A stretch of 28,027 bases of DNA from Acidobacteriota bacterium (GTDB taxonomy: Bacteria; Acidobacteriota; UBA6911; JACQSX01). Shown here piece after piece: positions 1 through 8,336 of this stretch. A model generated the notes under the pieces. It made no database searches and had not been told where the DNA came from. It was given only the letters and a program-made list of their open reading frames with translations. The stretch's first letter is position 1. Each line of letters opens with the position of its first letter. Location: positions 1-28,027 of the forward strand of contig DASXQR010000067.1 of NCBI GenBank assembly GCA_036507075.1, in the 5' to 3' direction. A program made the translations under genes and the position numbers.

Positions 1-141
1 GGAAAGCCGCAAAAAACGCGCCTTCCCACTTTCCCACAGGCCCTACTACTGGTACGGTCTTCATTTCTTTGTTGTTAAAAACCAAAAAAAGTGTCAACGA
101 TGTTGTGAGGTCAAAGTGTCAACGATGTCCTGAGGTGTTCA
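1..141. mobile_element. Probable terminal end of an insertion sequence (IS481/IS21-like); transposase lies outside the window
   Basis: Two 24-bp direct repeats AAAGTGTCAACGATGT(TG/CC)TGAGGT at 88-111 and 113-136, ending in GTTCA at 141. They are preceded by a CTTCCCACTTTCCCACAGGCCCTACTACT tail that I recall from such IS ends. No transposase ORF is visible. Confidence 0.55.
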
Positions 142-154
142 GCGTGATCAGAGA

Positions 155-424
155 TCTGTGGTCAGTAGTCCATGACGGGCTGTAATTTTAAGCGCGGCAA
201 ACCTGGCAGTCGTCAATCAGCCTTTAGCCGTCAACAATCGGTCCTGTATGAACCACTCATGCTGATGGCTGATAGGCTGACTGCTTTGAATTGGCGCACT
301 GCTGGCTGGTCTGCTGTTAATGGAGCTCAGTGGTTAACAACGAGTAACAAACCACTGACAACGGACAACGGACTACGGACAACGGACAGTCTTATTCCGC
401 ATTCCCAATTCCGAATTCCGCATT
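155..424. repeat. Nested heptamer-repeat arrays in inverted orientation
   Basis: TGTGGTCAGTAGTCC (about 157-171) opposes (ACGGACA/ACGGACT)n at about 352-388. Inner TCAGCCTTTAGCCGTCAACA (about 217-236) opposes TGCTGATGGCTGATAGGCTGA (about 260-280). An (ATTCCGC/ATTCCCA/ATTCCGA)n array lies at 394-424. Confidence 0.75.
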
Positions 425-436
425 TGAAGTGTGCGG

Positions 437-466
437 GGCGCGAACAAAATGTGTGTTGTTCGCGCC
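437..466 (-). terminator. Hairpin downstream of the pilin (terminator or mRNA-stabilising stem)
   Basis: Perfect 11-bp stem GGCGCGAACAA / TTGTTCGCGCC with an 8-nt loop, 25 bp after the pilin stop. There is no clear U-tract. Confidence 0.5.
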
Positions 467-491
467 TTCGCAGTGAATTCCCTGGGTGAGT

Positions 492-932
492 TTACTTGCC
501 CAGAGGCGTACTGGCTGCTGTCGGAGCCGAGCCGTCGGTGGTATAGCGGATCACGGCCGTACCATCGGCAAAGAAGCCGCGGGTGCCGGTTTTTCCCACC
601 GTCAGGGGAACTGCCGTTATCGTGAAATCATCGGGATCGCCGGCGCCGGTCGGAGTGTCGAACTTATATCCATCTTTCTGGCCTGCGCCCAAGACATCAT
701 CGACCAGTTTTTGCGATTTCAGATCGGCCAGCGCTCCGTATTTTCCGGCGCCCTTGGTCGAATAGTAGGTAATTTCAGCAGTGACGATGTTGCGTACCGA
801 GGCGATCGCGCTCGCTTCGTTCGCCGCCGCTTTTGACTGCAGCAGGTTTGGAACCGCAATCGCCGCGATAATCCCGATAATCGCCACCACGATCAACAGT
901 TCGATCAGTGAAAAACCCTTTTGACTTTGCAT
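492..932 (-). CDS. pilA: Type IVa major pilin
   Basis: Class III signal MQSQKG|FSLIELLIVVAIIGIIAAIAVPNLL with G-1/F+1/E+5, followed by a 'ANEASAIASVRNI' helix and a 'GTRGFFADGTAVIRY' C-terminal motif. Length 146 aa. Confidence 0.95.
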   Translation of the reverse strand: MQSQKGFSLIELLIVVAIIGIIAAIAVPNLLQSKAAANEASAIASVRNIVTAEITYYSTKGAGKYGALADLKSQKLVDDVLGAGQKDGYKFDTPTGAGDPDDFTITAVPLTVGKTGTRGFFADGTAVIRYTTDGSAPTAASTPLGK

Positions 933-1197
933 TACTTGCCTCCCGGACGAAATTGCTGCCGGCCGAAGAAACCGTCAGCTTCGCCGATCTGTCCCGACAA
1001 TCAGGCAACCGGCCTATTCTGCGTACCTTCAGTCGACATTGCATTTTGGAAACACGAATATGTTGCCACGACGGGGATGGCGGGAATGTGATTTTGGGCA
1101 CTTTGCAGTCGAGCTGCGATCACCGCGTCCTAATTAACGGTAACTAATCGAGATTGAGGATCAGACGAGATCGGTCTGTGAAGACGGCCACGTTGTA

Positions 1198-1290
1198 TTC
1201 ACCGCTGGGACGCCAAGCACGCTGAGATTTCGCAGAGGCTGGATTGCAGGCTCTGCGCAGTCTCAGCGGTTTCGGCGTCTCGGCGGTGAA
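1198..1290. repeat. Imperfect 40-bp inverted repeat (MITE/REP-like) between divergent pilA and the spermidine-synthase fusion
   Basis: TTCACCGCTGGGACGCC...CGCAGAG (1198-1237) versus CTCTGCG...GGCGTCTCGGCGGTGAA (1251-1290); 32/40 match by eye. Confidence 0.8.
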
Positions 1291-1473
1291 GGAATGCGTC
1301 AAGTCAACCGGCCCGAAGGTTTTGACAAGACGTTCTCAGGCAAGGGTTTCTTTCGCGTTCTCCCAATGCCATTGAGATACAATGCGCCTGCGCCTGATTC
1401 CTTTGGAATCACACTTCCTGTGCCGGATTTTCCTTACAATGACGCGGCGTTCCATAAACAAACTGCGGCCACG

Positions 1474-4400
1474 ATGAATCGACAACTGATCAAGATAGCG
1501 CTCTTACTCTTCGGCTCCGGCATGTGCGCGCTTGTTTATCAGACCACATGGCTGCGCGAGTTCCGGTTGATCTTCGGCGGGTCGACTGCCGCGTCAGCGG
1601 CCGTGCTGGCGATCTTCATGGGAGGTTTGGGCGTCGGCAGTGCTTTGCTTGGCAAGCGGTCCGACCGGCGAAGCAATCCGCTCGCATTCTATTCGGAGCT
1701 TGAACTCGGAATCGCCGCTTCTGCGGCGATCACGCCGATTCTGGTTCTGGTGGTTCGTCAGGCCTATGCCGGCCTGGGGGGCACCCTGGTTTTGGGAATG
1801 GGCTTCGGAACCATCCTCCGGCTTCTGGGCGCCACGCTGGTGCTGTGCGTCCCCACTTTTCTGATGGGAGGAACGCTTCCCGCGGCCGCGCGGGCCGTCG
1901 AGACTGAAGGCGACGTCAGCCGGCGCAAGCTGGCCTTCCTTTACGGCATGAACACGCTGGGAGCCGTTACCGGCGCAGCCGTCGCCACATTTGTGCTGTT
2001 GGAATCTCTGGGCAATCGGAAGACCCTCTGGCTGGCTTGCCTCATCAATGCCGTCGTTGCGCTCACCGCTCGCAGCATCTCACGATCCATGCCCGTCTTT
2101 CAGCGGGATGAAGCCGCCAGCCCCCTTCAGGCGAAACGGGAAATGGCAGAAGCACCCCTGGCTGCTTCAGAAGTGCCTTCAGCTGGCGAAGCCCACCACC
2201 TCGCCTCGCCCGAGAAGCTGGCTGATCCCGCGTTGGCAGAATCTGACGCGGTGCCGGCTTTGTATGTTCTCATCGCGGCGGCAGTTGTGGGCTTTGCGTT
2301 CCTATTGATGGAGCTGGTTTGGTATCGCATGCTCGGCCCGTTGCTGGGCGGCTCGTCTTTCACCTTCGGGCTCATACTGGCCGTGGCGCTGCTGGGAGTG
2401 GGATTGGGCGGAGCCGCCTATGCGCTGTTTGGAGAAAACCGTTCTCCATCGCTGAACCATTTTGCTTTGACCTGTGCCCTGGAAGCGGCATTTGTGGCCT
2501 TTCCATATGCGCTTGGAGACCGGATCGCAGTATTGGCCATTCTGCTCCGGCCTATGGGATCGATGGGATTCTACGGCTATGTCCTGGGATGGTCGGCCGT
2601 GGCGGCCCTGGTCGTGCTGCCTGCCGCGTTCATCGCCGGTGTTCAGTTCCCGCTTTTAATTGCCCTTATGGGCAGCGGCCGAAGGAACGTTGGCCGGCAC
2701 GTCGGCCTGGCCTACGCCTGGAATACGGCAGGAGCGATTGTCGGTTCGTTGGCGGGAGGATTCGGCTTGCTTCCTGCCTTGAGCGCTACCGGCGCCTGGC
2801 GGGCGGTGGTCTTCATTATGAGCCTGCTCAGTGTCGTGGGGCTCGCCCTGGCTTACTTCAAAGAACGCAGGCCGCTGTATAAGTCATTCTCCGCCGGGGC
2901 TGCCGTCGTCGTGTCGCTGCTGTTTCTTTTCGCCGCCGGACCGACTGCAGCCTGGAGGCACAGCCAGATCGGCGCCGGACGCGCCAACCGATTCGACATG
3001 AATCGCAATACCACAAAGGACTGGATTCATTACCAGCGCCGTTCGGTGAGGTGGGAAGTGGAAGGGGTTGAAAGCAGCGTTGCGCTCAAGCGAAGCGAAG
3101 GATATGCCTTTGTCGTTAACGGAAAGATCGACGGCCATGCGCGCGGAGACGCCGGCACTCAGGTGATGAGCGGGCTGGTGGGCACGGTCCTCCATCCGGC
3201 GCCCAAGAATGCGCTGGTGATCGGATTGGGCACCGGCAGTACTTCGGGGTGGCTTGCCGCCATGCCGGGCATAGAGCGCGTGGATACGATAGAGCTGGAA
3301 CCGGCCATTCTTCATGTCGCCAATGAGTGCCGGCCCGTCAACGCCAATGCGATGCAAAATCCAAAAGTACATGTGATGATTGGGGACGGCCGGGAAGTCT
3401 TGCTGACGAGCCGGCGGCGCTATGACCTGATTCTCTCCGAACCCTCCAACCCTTACCGCGCGGGAATTGCCAGCTTGTTTACGCGAGAATTCTATCGCGC
3501 CGCCGCCGATCGGATGGCCGAAGGCGCGCTGTTCCTCCAATGGGTCCAGGCGTACGAGATCGACGGGCAGACAGTGCGCACCGCTTATGCGACCCTGTCC
3601 TCGGTTTTTCCGGTAGTGGAAACCTATCAGACGACAATCTCGGATCTGCTGCTGGTTGCTTCCATGAAGCCGATTGCCTACGACGCGGCAACTCTGCGGC
3701 AGCGATTGAGCCAGGAACCGGTCCGCAGCGCAATGCGACAGACTTGGCGCGCCATCGATTTGGAAGGCTTTCTTGGGCATTATGTCGCGAATAGCGATTT
3801 CGCCCGCGTCGTGGCACAAAAGGAAGGTTCGCGGGTCAACACGGATGATCGCAACCTGATTGAATTCGGCTTGGCCCGCAACCTGGGAAATATGTCCAGT
3901 TTTGATGTTCGCGAGCTCCACCAGATCGCTGATGCTCGGGGGGAGAGCCGGCCGGAACGGTCCGCCGGGAACATTGACTGGACCAGCGTGGAGGATCAGC
4001 GTAACGCTTTCTTTGCTGACTCGGAAGTGAGGCCGCTCATTCGCGACTACTTTACGCCAGATCGTCGGCTGCGCGCGGAGGCATTGGCAAGTTACGTGAA
4101 ACGCGACTTCAAGTCCGCTTTCAATCTGTGGGGGTCCCAGAGCGGCGGGCCTTCGAATTTGACCGAGCTTTCAATGGTCGCTGAGATTCTCGCGGACATG
4201 GGAGACGAGCGTTCCGAGCTTTTTATCGGGCGTCTTCGCTCTTTCCAGCCCATTGAAGCAAACGCCATTCTGGGACGGCTCCGGTGGCGCCAGAATCGCC
4301 TGGCGGAGGCTACCGATGCGCTGGAAGCGTCATCCGTCGCCTACAGAAACGATCCCTGGCCTTCGGTTTCGCTGATGGAACGCACTCTGGAAGTAATCGC

Positions 4401-4758
4401 CGCCGTGGCGCTTCACGACAGAGAAAGGAAACTGGCGCGCCGTCTTTACGAGGCAGTCAGGCGGCCGTTTTCGGTCTATCTGGCCAATGATGTCCGCCTT
4501 CAAACAGGATTGAAGATCGCCAGATATGTCGATGGTCCCGGGTTCTCGCAACTCACCCTGAACGCGATCGCACAATTTGAACCGGACATTCCCTGGCAGG
4601 GGGACTTTCTGCAGGCGCGCGCTCAATGTTATGAAAGACTGGGAGACGCTCGAGCAGCCGTCGCAAGACGGGATCTCAATGATTTTCTTTCTAACGAGCC
4701 GGTGCGCTTTGCGTCCGGGCTGCAAAAATCTTCGGCGGGAGCGGACAAAACGCCCTGA
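1474..4758 (+). CDS. Fused multi-TM (MFS-like) / spermidine-synthase-fold SAM-dependent transferase with helical (TPR-like) C-terminus
   Basis: Two homologous membrane repeats (SGMCALVYQTTWLREFRLIFGGST; VGFAFLLMELVWYRMLGPLLGGSS). SAM motif LVIGLGTGST, plus IELEP, GDGRE and DLILSEPSNPY. Start set at ATG 1474; the ORF track opens at 1294. Confidence 0.88.
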   Translation: MNRQLIKIALLLFGSGMCALVYQTTWLREFRLIFGGSTAASAAVLAIFMGGLGVGSALLGKRSDRRSNPLAFYSELELGIAASAAITPILVLVVRQAYAGLGGTLVLGMGFGTILRLLGATLVLCVPTFLMGGTLPAAARAVETEGDVSRRKLAFLYGMNTLGAVTGAAVATFVLLESLGNRKTLWLACLINAVVALTARSISRSMPVFQRDEAASPLQAKREMAEAPLAASEVPSAGEAHHLASPEKLADPALAESDAVPALYVLIAAAVVGFAFLLMELVWYRMLGPLLGGSSFTFGLILAVALLGVGLGGAAYALFGENRSPSLNHFALTCALEAAFVAFPYALGDRIAVLAILLRPMGSMGFYGYVLGWSAVAALVVLPAAFIAGVQFPLLIALMGSGRRNVGRHVGLAYAWNTAGAIVGSLAGGFGLLPALSATGAWRAVVFIMSLLSVVGLALAYFKERRPLYKSFSAGAAVVVSLLFLFAAGPTAAWRHSQIGAGRANRFDMNRNTTKDWIHYQRRSVRWEVEGVESSVALKRSEGYAFVVNGKIDGHARGDAGTQVMSGLVGTVLHPAPKNALVIGLGTGSTSGWLAAMPGIERVDTIELEPAILHVANECRPVNANAMQNPKVHVMIGDGREVLLTSRRRYDLILSEPSNPYRAGIASLFTREFYRAAADRMAEGALFLQWVQAYEIDGQTVRTAYATLSSVFPVVETYQTTISDLLLVASMKPIAYDAATLRQRLSQEPVRSAMRQTWRAIDLEGFLGHYVANSDFARVVAQKEGSRVNTDDRNLIEFGLARNLGNMSSFDVRELHQIADARGESRPERSAGNIDWTSVEDQRNAFFADSEVRPLIRDYFTPDRRLRAEALASYVKRDFKSAFNLWGSQSGGPSNLTELSMVAEILADMGDERSELFIGRLRSFQPIEANAILGRLRWRQNRLAEATDALEASSVAYRNDPWPSVSLMERTLEVIAAVALHDRERKLARRLYEAVRRPFSVYLANDVRLQTGLKIARYVDGPGFSQLTLNAIAQFEPDIPWQGDFLQARAQCYERLGDARAAVARRDLNDFLSNEPVRFASGLQKSSAGADKTP

Positions 4759-4764
4759 ATTCCG

Positions 4765-5946
4765 GTGATATCCGCGGATTTAAAGCACCTGAGAATAGCC
4801 CTCGTACATGACTGGCTCACAGGAATGCGGGGGGGTGAGAAATGTCTCGAGGTCTTCTGTGAGTTGTTCCCGCAGGCGCACGTTTTTACTCTGGTGCATT
4901 GTCCGGGGACGGTATCGAGCGTCATTGAGCGGGCCACGATTCACACGTCATTCATTGATTCTCTTCCATTCTCACATCGACTGTACCGTCATTTCCTTCC
5001 GCTCTTTCCTCGCGCCATCGAGCGCTTCGATTTCACCGATTACGATCTGATACTTTCTTCCAGCCACTGTGTCGCCAAATCGGCGAAGCGGCGCCCCGGG
5101 ACCCTCCACATTTCCTATGTCTACACGCCGATGCGTTATGCCTGGGATTTGTATCAATCCTATTTCGGCGATGGAAGCCCGGGCTGGCTGGCGAGGTCGA
5201 TCGCTCCTGCGATAATGCGCCGGCTGCGCGACTGGGACCGCGCCACAGCGGAGCGGGTGGATTGCTTCCTGGCGGTTTCCCATCACGTGGCGGATCGCAT
5301 CCGGCGAAATTACGGACGCAGCTCCTGTGTGATTCATCCGCCAGTCGATACCGGACGTTTTGCAGTTTCCAGCCGCATCGAAGACTATTACCTGATTGTT
5401 TCGGCCCTGGTGCCGTATAAAAGGATTGACGTGGCCATACGCAGCTTCAATGATCTGGGGCTTCCGCTGAAGATTGCGGGAAGCGGGCCCGAATTCAGGC
5501 GCTTGAAAAAAATGGCGGGTCCCGCTATTGAATTCCTGGGGCATGTTTCCGATCAGGATCTGCCGGGACTGTACGCTCATTGCCGCGCTCTGGTTTTTCC
5601 GGGGGAAGAGGATTTCGGAATTGTTCCACTGGAGGCCCAGGCTGCGGGCAGACCGGTGGTGGCATATGGGAAGGGTGGCGCGCTCGAAACGGTAATTCCG
5701 CTGAATCCGGGGGGCGAAAATCCGCTTCAGCGCAATTCCGCCACCGGAATCTTCTTTTATCAGCAGAACGCGGCCGCATTGACGTCGGCAGTTCGGAAGA
5801 TGGAAGAGAATTTATCGCGTTTTTCACCCGAGTTGCTGCGCGCTCAGGCTTTGAGATTTGACCGCCGTGTTTTTGAGGCTAGAATCCTGGAATTCATTGG
5901 CAGGGAATGGACGCGGTTTCAAAGCCGGCTGGAGTCTATGACCTGA
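4765..5946 (+). CDS. GT4 (GT-B fold) glycosyltransferase
   Basis: RIALVHDWLTGMRGGEKCLE N-terminus, YKRID, and the EX7E-type motif EEDFGIVPLEAQAAGRPVVA. Confidence 0.93.
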   Translation: MISADLKHLRIALVHDWLTGMRGGEKCLEVFCELFPQAHVFTLVHCPGTVSSVIERATIHTSFIDSLPFSHRLYRHFLPLFPRAIERFDFTDYDLILSSSHCVAKSAKRRPGTLHISYVYTPMRYAWDLYQSYFGDGSPGWLARSIAPAIMRRLRDWDRATAERVDCFLAVSHHVADRIRRNYGRSSCVIHPPVDTGRFAVSSRIEDYYLIVSALVPYKRIDVAIRSFNDLGLPLKIAGSGPEFRRLKKMAGPAIEFLGHVSDQDLPGLYAHCRALVFPGEEDFGIVPLEAQAAGRPVVAYGKGGALETVIPLNPGGENPLQRNSATGIFFYQQNAAALTSAVRKMEENLSRFSPELLRAQALRFDRRVFEARILEFIGREWTRFQSRLESMT

Positions 5947-5960
5947 GTTCAGTCTGGACC

Positions 5961-6809
5961 CTAATCCGTCAATGACCTGAAGCGGTCGTCGTACTTTTTC
6001 AATTCGAAGGGCGGTTCCAAAACGTGCAATCCATTCACGCCTTCAAACGGCGCGCATAGTGTATAGGCCCTGTCAATGAAGGCTGTATCAACTTTTCTGT
6101 AGTGTTTGAGATTTCGAGCTAATGCGCGAAGGATACCGGGGCGCGGGTTCATCCATGTTTGCGACTGCACCCTTAAGTAGGCCGCCTCCAGGTACTTTTT
6201 GAACACCAGAGCCGAAGGCACAAAAATCGACTCGCCCGCGCCGCAATTCTGAAAGGCGGAGCGAACTTCATCAGCACGCATACCTGACCGTCCCAGATTT
6301 CCCTCCAGTAAAACAATCGAGTTCCGATGACAGCAGTGCCGAATTTGGGCGAGTGCAAAAAACGGATCCAGCAGATGGTAAAAGACGCCCAGGCAAAGAA
6401 TGACGTCAAACCGGCGATTGAGTGAGGTCAGTTGATAAATTGAGAGATCTTGCCGAATCTCTACTTTGGATTTCAGCAGATCCCTGGCCAGCAGAATTCC
6501 CCTGCCGTCCGACCAATTTTGCGTAATATCGTCGGCAGCCAGAACATGACTTGCACCCTTTCTCTCGGCAAAAAAGCTCCAGTAGCCGTCCCAGCAGCCA
6601 ATGTCGAGCACGGTTTTTCCTCGAAAGGCGACGGCTTCCAGCTGTTGGTCGATGAATCGCCAGACTTTCCGGTGCCCGGCGATATCCGGGGCGAGTGACC
6701 GTGCCCGCAGTCCGTCACCGAAATCGAACTCGTGATACCACTGGATCTGATCGATCTTTTCCTGCAGATCTGACCTCGTGCCTTGGTGCCTTTGTGGTGA
6801 AAAATTCAT
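5961..6809 (-). CDS. Class I SAM-dependent methyltransferase (CmoB/DUF1698-like fold)
   Basis: WYHEFDF, VLDIGCWDGYWSF and FDVILCLGVFYHL motifs. The first residues are encoded by a repeat arm, so the start is uncertain. Confidence 0.85.
   Translation of the reverse strand: MNFSPQRHQGTRSDLQEKIDQIQWYHEFDFGDGLRARSLAPDIAGHRKVWRFIDQQLEAVAFRGKTVLDIGCWDGYWSFFAERKGASHVLAADDITQNWSDGRGILLARDLLKSKVEIRQDLSIYQLTSLNRRFDVILCLGVFYHLLDPFFALAQIRHCCHRNSIVLLEGNLGRSGMRADEVRSAFQNCGAGESIFVPSALVFKKYLEAAYLRVQSQTWMNPRPGILRALARNLKHYRKVDTAFIDRAYTLCAPFEGVNGLHVLEPPFELKKYDDRFRSLTD
6776..6803. repeat. Single arm of the CACCAC(A/C)AAG(A/G)CAC 9-mer repeat family
   Basis: TCGTGCCTTGGTGCCTTTGTGGTGAAAA, the same family as 10144-10200, 11401-11423 and 26289-26443. 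Confidence 0.75.
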
Positions 6810-6839
6810 ACACGAATTTCTGCAATCAGAAGGGTCGTT

Positions 6840-8336
6840 TCATCGACGCTCGAAGATAAGAATTCCATCGGGCGGCGAATACCGTATTCCCAGATCGCTT
6901 GGTTTGTATCGGGAAATCAATTGCGATGGCCATTCGGGATTGAAATTTGAAGTCGAGTCCAGCACCACAAACCGGCTGGAAGTCACTTTTGGAAATGCCT
7001 CGAAATCTGTCAACGCTCTTCCCCACATATCCGCATAGAAAAGAACATGGGGAGAATTTGAAATCAGACCGTCCTGCGCCGGGACGTGCTGTCTGATTTC
7101 AGATGCGACCCGCAACAGGGGCATTTTGTTCTGATTTATCGGGCGTGCCGAGCGTAATGCAAGCCCTAGCAGGATGAAGACCAGGATCGCGGCCGAAAGA
7201 GCCGTTACCCGTCGCCCGGCAATCGCTCTGCCGGCCTGGCTCCCGTCCATGCGATCTTTCAAGTCCAGCAACCCGGCAGCAACCCATGGCAGCACAAGGG
7301 CAATGGCGGGCGTCATGTGCCGATCAGATGCGTATCCTGAGAGAATGTAGACTCCTGCCATCAGCATCAGGTGAAAGGCGATCAGCAATGCCGCCAGCCA
7401 AATCAGGGCCTTTTCACGGTCGGAGCGCCTGCGAGCGGCAAGCCCGAATACCAGCGGTATCACAAGAAAATACTTCAGGCCCCGGACCACATGGTTGCCG
7501 AGCGCATAGGGTACATTCACAAATACTGCCGGGAGCCTTCTTCCTTCCTCCGCTTGTGTGAAAAGCAGCTTGAGCGAATCTTTCTTGCTCGTGAGCTTTC
7601 CGGTGACAACGACATAAGGTGAGATCACGATAAGCACCATCAGCACTAATCTTGTCGCGCACCGGTAGGAAGCGGATGCCGCAGGGGCGATCCCATGCGA
7701 CAGCCCGGGCATGATCGTGCGGATCCAGGGATTCAGGGCCAGGTAGAGCGCGCCCACAATGGCGACGCTCAAGCCTTCCGGCCGGATCCAGAAGGCCAGG
7801 CCGCTGCTCGCTCCAGCGGCCGCAAACCAGCCGGCGTGCCCTTCCGGTAATCCACGGGCGCAAAAGTAGACGGCTAAGAGATAAAAAAAGAGATGAGGGG
7901 CGTCGCTTAAGGCATCCGATGCATTCTGCCGAAACAGCGGAAGTACCGCGGCCAGCAGAGCCGCGACAGCGGCAGCGCGCGAACCGAATACAATTCTTGT
8001 CAGACTCCAGAGAACGGGAATGCACAGAATTCCAAAAATCCCGGTCGCCAGTCTTGCAGCCGCGATCCAGCACTTCACGCTGTCACGGCAATCTGTGCGG
8101 GCGAGCAGCCATTGGCACCCGAGGATCATCACGGGATAACCCGGATGTTGATCCGCCCATGTCATGGTTTCTACGGGCATTACCTGGAGTACTTTGGCCT
8201 CCACGATGAATCCAATTCCATCAGGAGCAACGGCCGGTGACCGCGCGACTGTGATCGATTGGAGCGCCGCTGCAATTGCCACGGCGGCGATTAATGAGGC
8301 GCCGCAGGCGCTTAATTGCTTACGCGAGACTGACAC
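6840..8336 (-). CDS. GT-C fold membrane glycosyltransferase (ArnT/PMT, GT83/GT39-like)
   Basis: N-terminal TM followed by 'APDGIGF...DQHPGYP', 'ALSDAPHLFF' and 'AFWIRPEG'; multiple TM segments. Start set at GTG 8336 (ORF track 8420). Confidence 0.8.
   Translation of the reverse strand: MSVSRKQLSACGASLIAAVAIAAALQSITVARSPAVAPDGIGFIVEAKVLQVMPVETMTWADQHPGYPVMILGCQWLLARTDCRDSVKCWIAAARLATGIFGILCIPVLWSLTRIVFGSRAAAVAALLAAVLPLFRQNASDALSDAPHLFFYLLAVYFCARGLPEGHAGWFAAAGASSGLAFWIRPEGLSVAIVGALYLALNPWIRTIMPGLSHGIAPAASASYRCATRLVLMVLIVISPYVVVTGKLTSKKDSLKLLFTQAEEGRRLPAVFVNVPYALGNHVVRGLKYFLVIPLVFGLAARRRSDREKALIWLAALLIAFHLMLMAGVYILSGYASDRHMTPAIALVLPWVAAGLLDLKDRMDGSQAGRAIAGRRVTALSAAILVFILLGLALRSARPINQNKMPLLRVASEIRQHVPAQDGLISNSPHVLFYADMWGRALTDFEAFPKVTSSRFVVLDSTSNFNPEWPSQLISRYKPSDLGIRYSPPDGILIFERR

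Noticed and set aside
88..136. Direct repeats as a CRISPR array
   Set aside because: Only two copies, separated by 1 bp; no spacers and no cas genes.
172..489. 105-aa ORF
   Set aside because: It is a translation of heptamer repeats (TTDNGLRTTD, IPHSQFRIPH), not a credible protein.
492..932. Electrically conductive (e-pilin) candidate
   Set aside because: Only about 10 aromatic residues in 140, with a long aromatic-free stretch after F1.
940..1140. Sigma-54 promoter for pilA
   Set aside because: I found no correctly spaced TGGCAC-N5-TTGC on the minus strand.
1294..1473. N-terminal extension of the spermidine-synthase fusion, and the TTGACA at 1322
   Set aside because: Family-like sequence begins at ATG 1474, and the TTGACA has no properly spaced -10 box.
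2884..3921. Long antisense ORFs (345 aa here; also 17887-18720 and 23454-24686)
   Set aside because: They are shadow frames of well-supported genes in GC-rich DNA and carry no motifs.
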